Part shown: positions 61,945-64,000 of the stretch, in pieces
Numbering within the stretch: position 1 is the stretch's first letter
How the letters are laid out: each line of letters starts with the position of its first letter
Assembly: GCA_965202745.1 (NCBI GenBank)
Contig: CBDBCB010000012.1
Span: 90,583 to 154,582 of the forward strand
Reading direction: 5' to 3'
Length of the DNA: 64,000 nt
Source of the DNA: Alphaproteobacteria bacterium
Lineage (GTDB): Bacteria > Pseudomonadota > Alphaproteobacteria > Bin95
Position numbers and translations under genes: made by a program
Notes under the pieces: model-generated
Database searches by the model: none
What the model was told of the DNA's origin: nothing
The model's input: the letters and a program-made list of their open reading frames with translations, nothing else

Positions 61945-62182
61945 CGTCCGCGTTCAAAAACCGGAGCAGGCCGCGGTCCACGCTAGTCAGCCGCGATAGG
62001 ATCGCCATAACCACCATATCGGTCACGGCGTCACTACCATCAAGCCGGCCGGACTGACCGCCGGACAGGTCGGAGATGGTCTGGAAATCCAGCGTCGTAT
62101 CCGGCCGCTGCGCGACAACGAAGGTATGGATCGGCACCTGCTTTTCGACGAAGTATCTCGCCCAGTCATGGGCGGTCAGCAC
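61945..62182 (-). pseudogene. Fragment of an unidentified gene truncated by IS6-A
   Basis: Coding-like frame (PIHTFVV..FQTISDLSGG) runs into the IS end; vWA-like character is a guess. Confidence 0.4.
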
Positions 62183-62363
62183 CTCGCGTCACTGCCGACC
62201 GATCGTCTAGGTCGTAGTGCGGATTAGACGGTTCGTCGCCGGCCACCAGTACCGCCGCCGAGTCGTCTTGCACGAAGATCCTTTTCAACGCTGCCTCAAC
62301 TGCTCCGCCGGTGCCTCTCACGGCCTGGGGAGGGCAGTGCTAAATATGCAATGCTCAACCACG

Positions 62364-63047
62364 TCAGCCGGCTGGGCGTTGTTTTTTCAGCCAGGCGGCG
62401 GCCATGGTGGCGGCCTCGGTACCGTTGAATTCGGTTTGAATGTAGCGCGCGCGCTGTATGGCGATGCTTGTTTGGCCCGTTGCAGCCTCTTGTTTGGCCT
62501 GGCGGAATTCCAGGCCTGCCATTTGGTCGCGAAGGTGGACTAGGCGCGTTTGCGCCACGCCATCCGGATCGAACCGCGCGGCTCTAACGCTGGCGTTCTC
62601 AAGCGCCAAATAGGCTTGGCGGGCGGCGTCCGCTGCTGCTTCGTATGGGGTGCCTACCTCGATTTGGGCGGAGGCCATTTCCTGCTGGGCAATGGCGGCA
62701 ATCAGGATCGCCCGGGTTTCGATCTCGTTGTCTTTGGCGCGGGATTGCGCCTCCATTGCGGCGTCGTGGGCCTCCGGCAGCGCGCGACTGGCCAGCAGCG
62801 CGTAGGCGTATTCGAGATTAAGAGCAGCTTGGTGGCGGGACTCGGCAACCGAGATGAGCGATTTGTATTGCTCGGCAGCGGCACGCGCGTCGCCGCTTTC
62901 CAGAGTTTGGCGGGCTGCCTCGTATTGCTCCTCGAAGTCGTCGGGCTGAGTGTTCTGAAGCGTCAGACAACCCTGGAGCAGCCCGCTGAACAGCAAAATG
63001 AGCATCAGTTCGCAAGCGCGCCGTGCGCATGCCGGGAACGGCCTCAT
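62364..63047 (-). CDS. Lipoprotein with TPR-like helices
   Basis: Lipobox LLQGC after a hydrophobic stretch; helical repeats. Confidence 0.7.
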   Translation of the reverse strand: MRPFPACARRACELMLILLFSGLLQGCLTLQNTQPDDFEEQYEAARQTLESGDARAAAEQYKSLISVAESRHQAALNLEYAYALLASRALPEAHDAAMEAQSRAKDNEIETRAILIAAIAQQEMASAQIEVGTPYEAAADAARQAYLALENASVRAARFDPDGVAQTRLVHLRDQMAGLEFRQAKQEAATGQTSIAIQRARYIQTEFNGTEAATMAAAWLKKQRPAG

Positions 63048-63142
63048 GCGTTTCTACCCATCTGCCGCCGATACGGGCGGTGCGCGCGAATCTGTCTCCG
63101 ATTACGGAGTCAGGCATAGTCGATTGTGGCGCCACCATAAAA

Positions 63143-64000
63143 ATGTATTGTCATGGTATCCGAGACAAGCTGTTGAAGCTCCGTATGACTTTGCTCGTTC
63201 AACTGACAAGAGTCAGTCTGATTACTGTAACCGTGTCCATCTTGGGCTGGCAAGCGGGCGAGATGGTTGCAAATATGGTTGCGGGAACGGAGATGGCCGC
63301 TCCCTTAGAGGGCTCAAGCGACGAATCGGGACGACAAGACAGCGCCGCCGAAAGCGGCAGCGCCATAACTGCCTCCTGGGTTCAGGTCCCTCTGTTCGGC
63401 GCAGTGAAAGCGTCAGCCAACAACAAAGGGGCCTCTACGTCAGCAAAACAAAGCAAGTATGTGTTGCGGGGCGTCTTTCAGGCTCCCGGCAGCATTGCGC
63501 TCGCACTGATCGAAATCGATGGCGCAACAGGCGTCTACCGGCTGAATGGTACATTGGAAACGGGCGATCGGCTGGTCGAGATCTCGCCGGATCAGGTGAT
63601 CCTGGAGAAGGCTGACGGACGCGAGGCGATCTTTTTCGCGAATGCGCTCGGCGATGGGGCTGCGGTTGCGCAGGCGGAACCGTCCACACCGGAGCCCTCC
63701 GCAATCGTCATGGCGGTTTCCGGCGGTATACAAGAACCGATGCCGGCACCGAAGCAGGAGCCCCAGCGAACGGCGTCCAAGCGCAAATTCGGTGCTTCCG
63801 CGGCCGATCTGGCGGCCGCGGAGCATACCGAAAAGCCGGTAACGCACGAGCGGCGCGAGCCGGTTGCGCTGGACACGTTGAAAGATGCTATTGTTGAGGG
63901 GGATGCGCTCGGTTCGGTCCGGTTTGAGCGGGCACGCGCACACGATGCCGATGTGGGCCTGCGTATACGCTGGCTGAGAGGCACGCCGATATCGACCGCA
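63143..64000 (+). CDS. Type II secretion GspC-like protein (3' truncated by window; not in ORF track)
   Basis: Open frame from ATG 63143/63185 with an N-terminal TM segment, then HR domain YVLRGVFQAPGSIALALIEIDG..YRLNGTLETGDRLVEISPDQVILEKADGREAIF. Confidence 0.7.
   Translation, partial: MYCHGIRDKLLKLRMTLLVQLTRVSLITVTVSILGWQAGEMVANMVAGTEMAAPLEGSSDESGRQDSAAESGSAITASWVQVPLFGAVKASANNKGASTSAKQSKYVLRGVFQAPGSIALALIEIDGATGVYRLNGTLETGDRLVEISPDQVILEKADGREAIFFANALGDGAAVAQAEPSTPEPSAIVMAVSGGIQEPMPAPKQEPQRTASKRKFGASAADLAAAEHTEKPVTHERREPVALDTLKDAIVEGDALGSVRFERARAHDADVGLRIRWLRGTPISTA

Overview
GC-rich alphaproteobacterial sequence in three parts. (1) 1-32 kb is chromosomal core and metabolic DNA: aminotransferase, fur, Fe3+ ABC permease, LysR, murA, dcd, tRNA-Thr, pgk, CoA-transferase/enoyl-CoA hydratase, nadQ-nadA-nadC, PLP enzymes, GMC oxidoreductase, SDR and an LLM oxidoreductase. 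It shows clear erosion: frameshifts in murA, a ~1430-aa LamG/glycoside-hydrolase-like/RTX gene, a protease, otsB/glk remnants and a cyclase, plus substitutions at normally invariant residues. It also carries REP-like hairpins and two ~165-bp MITEs. (2) 32-62 kb is a scrambled plasmid-derived island with many IS6 (two types), IS481 and IS256 copies. It contains an intact parA-RHH-rep-iteron replicon and an intact SbcD/SbcC-like nuclease-ATPase pair. Around these lie broken defence genes (type III Res, PaeR7I-like R-M, Eco57I/BsuBI-like MTase, RloC-like ATPase, GNAT toxin, an orphan type I-C-like CRISPR remnant). It also has duplicated ankyrin-repeat and DUF1640/CCDC90-like coiled-coil genes whose copies differ by whole repeat units. 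(3) 62-64 kb returns to chromosomal genes (lipoprotein, GspC-like). The overall picture fits a host-associated bacterium in early genome reduction, possibly a marine invertebrate symbiont (inference). Top leads are the repeat-shuffled cassettes sitting behind an identical upstream module, a strong A:T>C:G bias seen in the mobile elements, and the surviving SbcCD-like pair among dead defence genes. All family calls come from motif recognition by eye; no searches were run.
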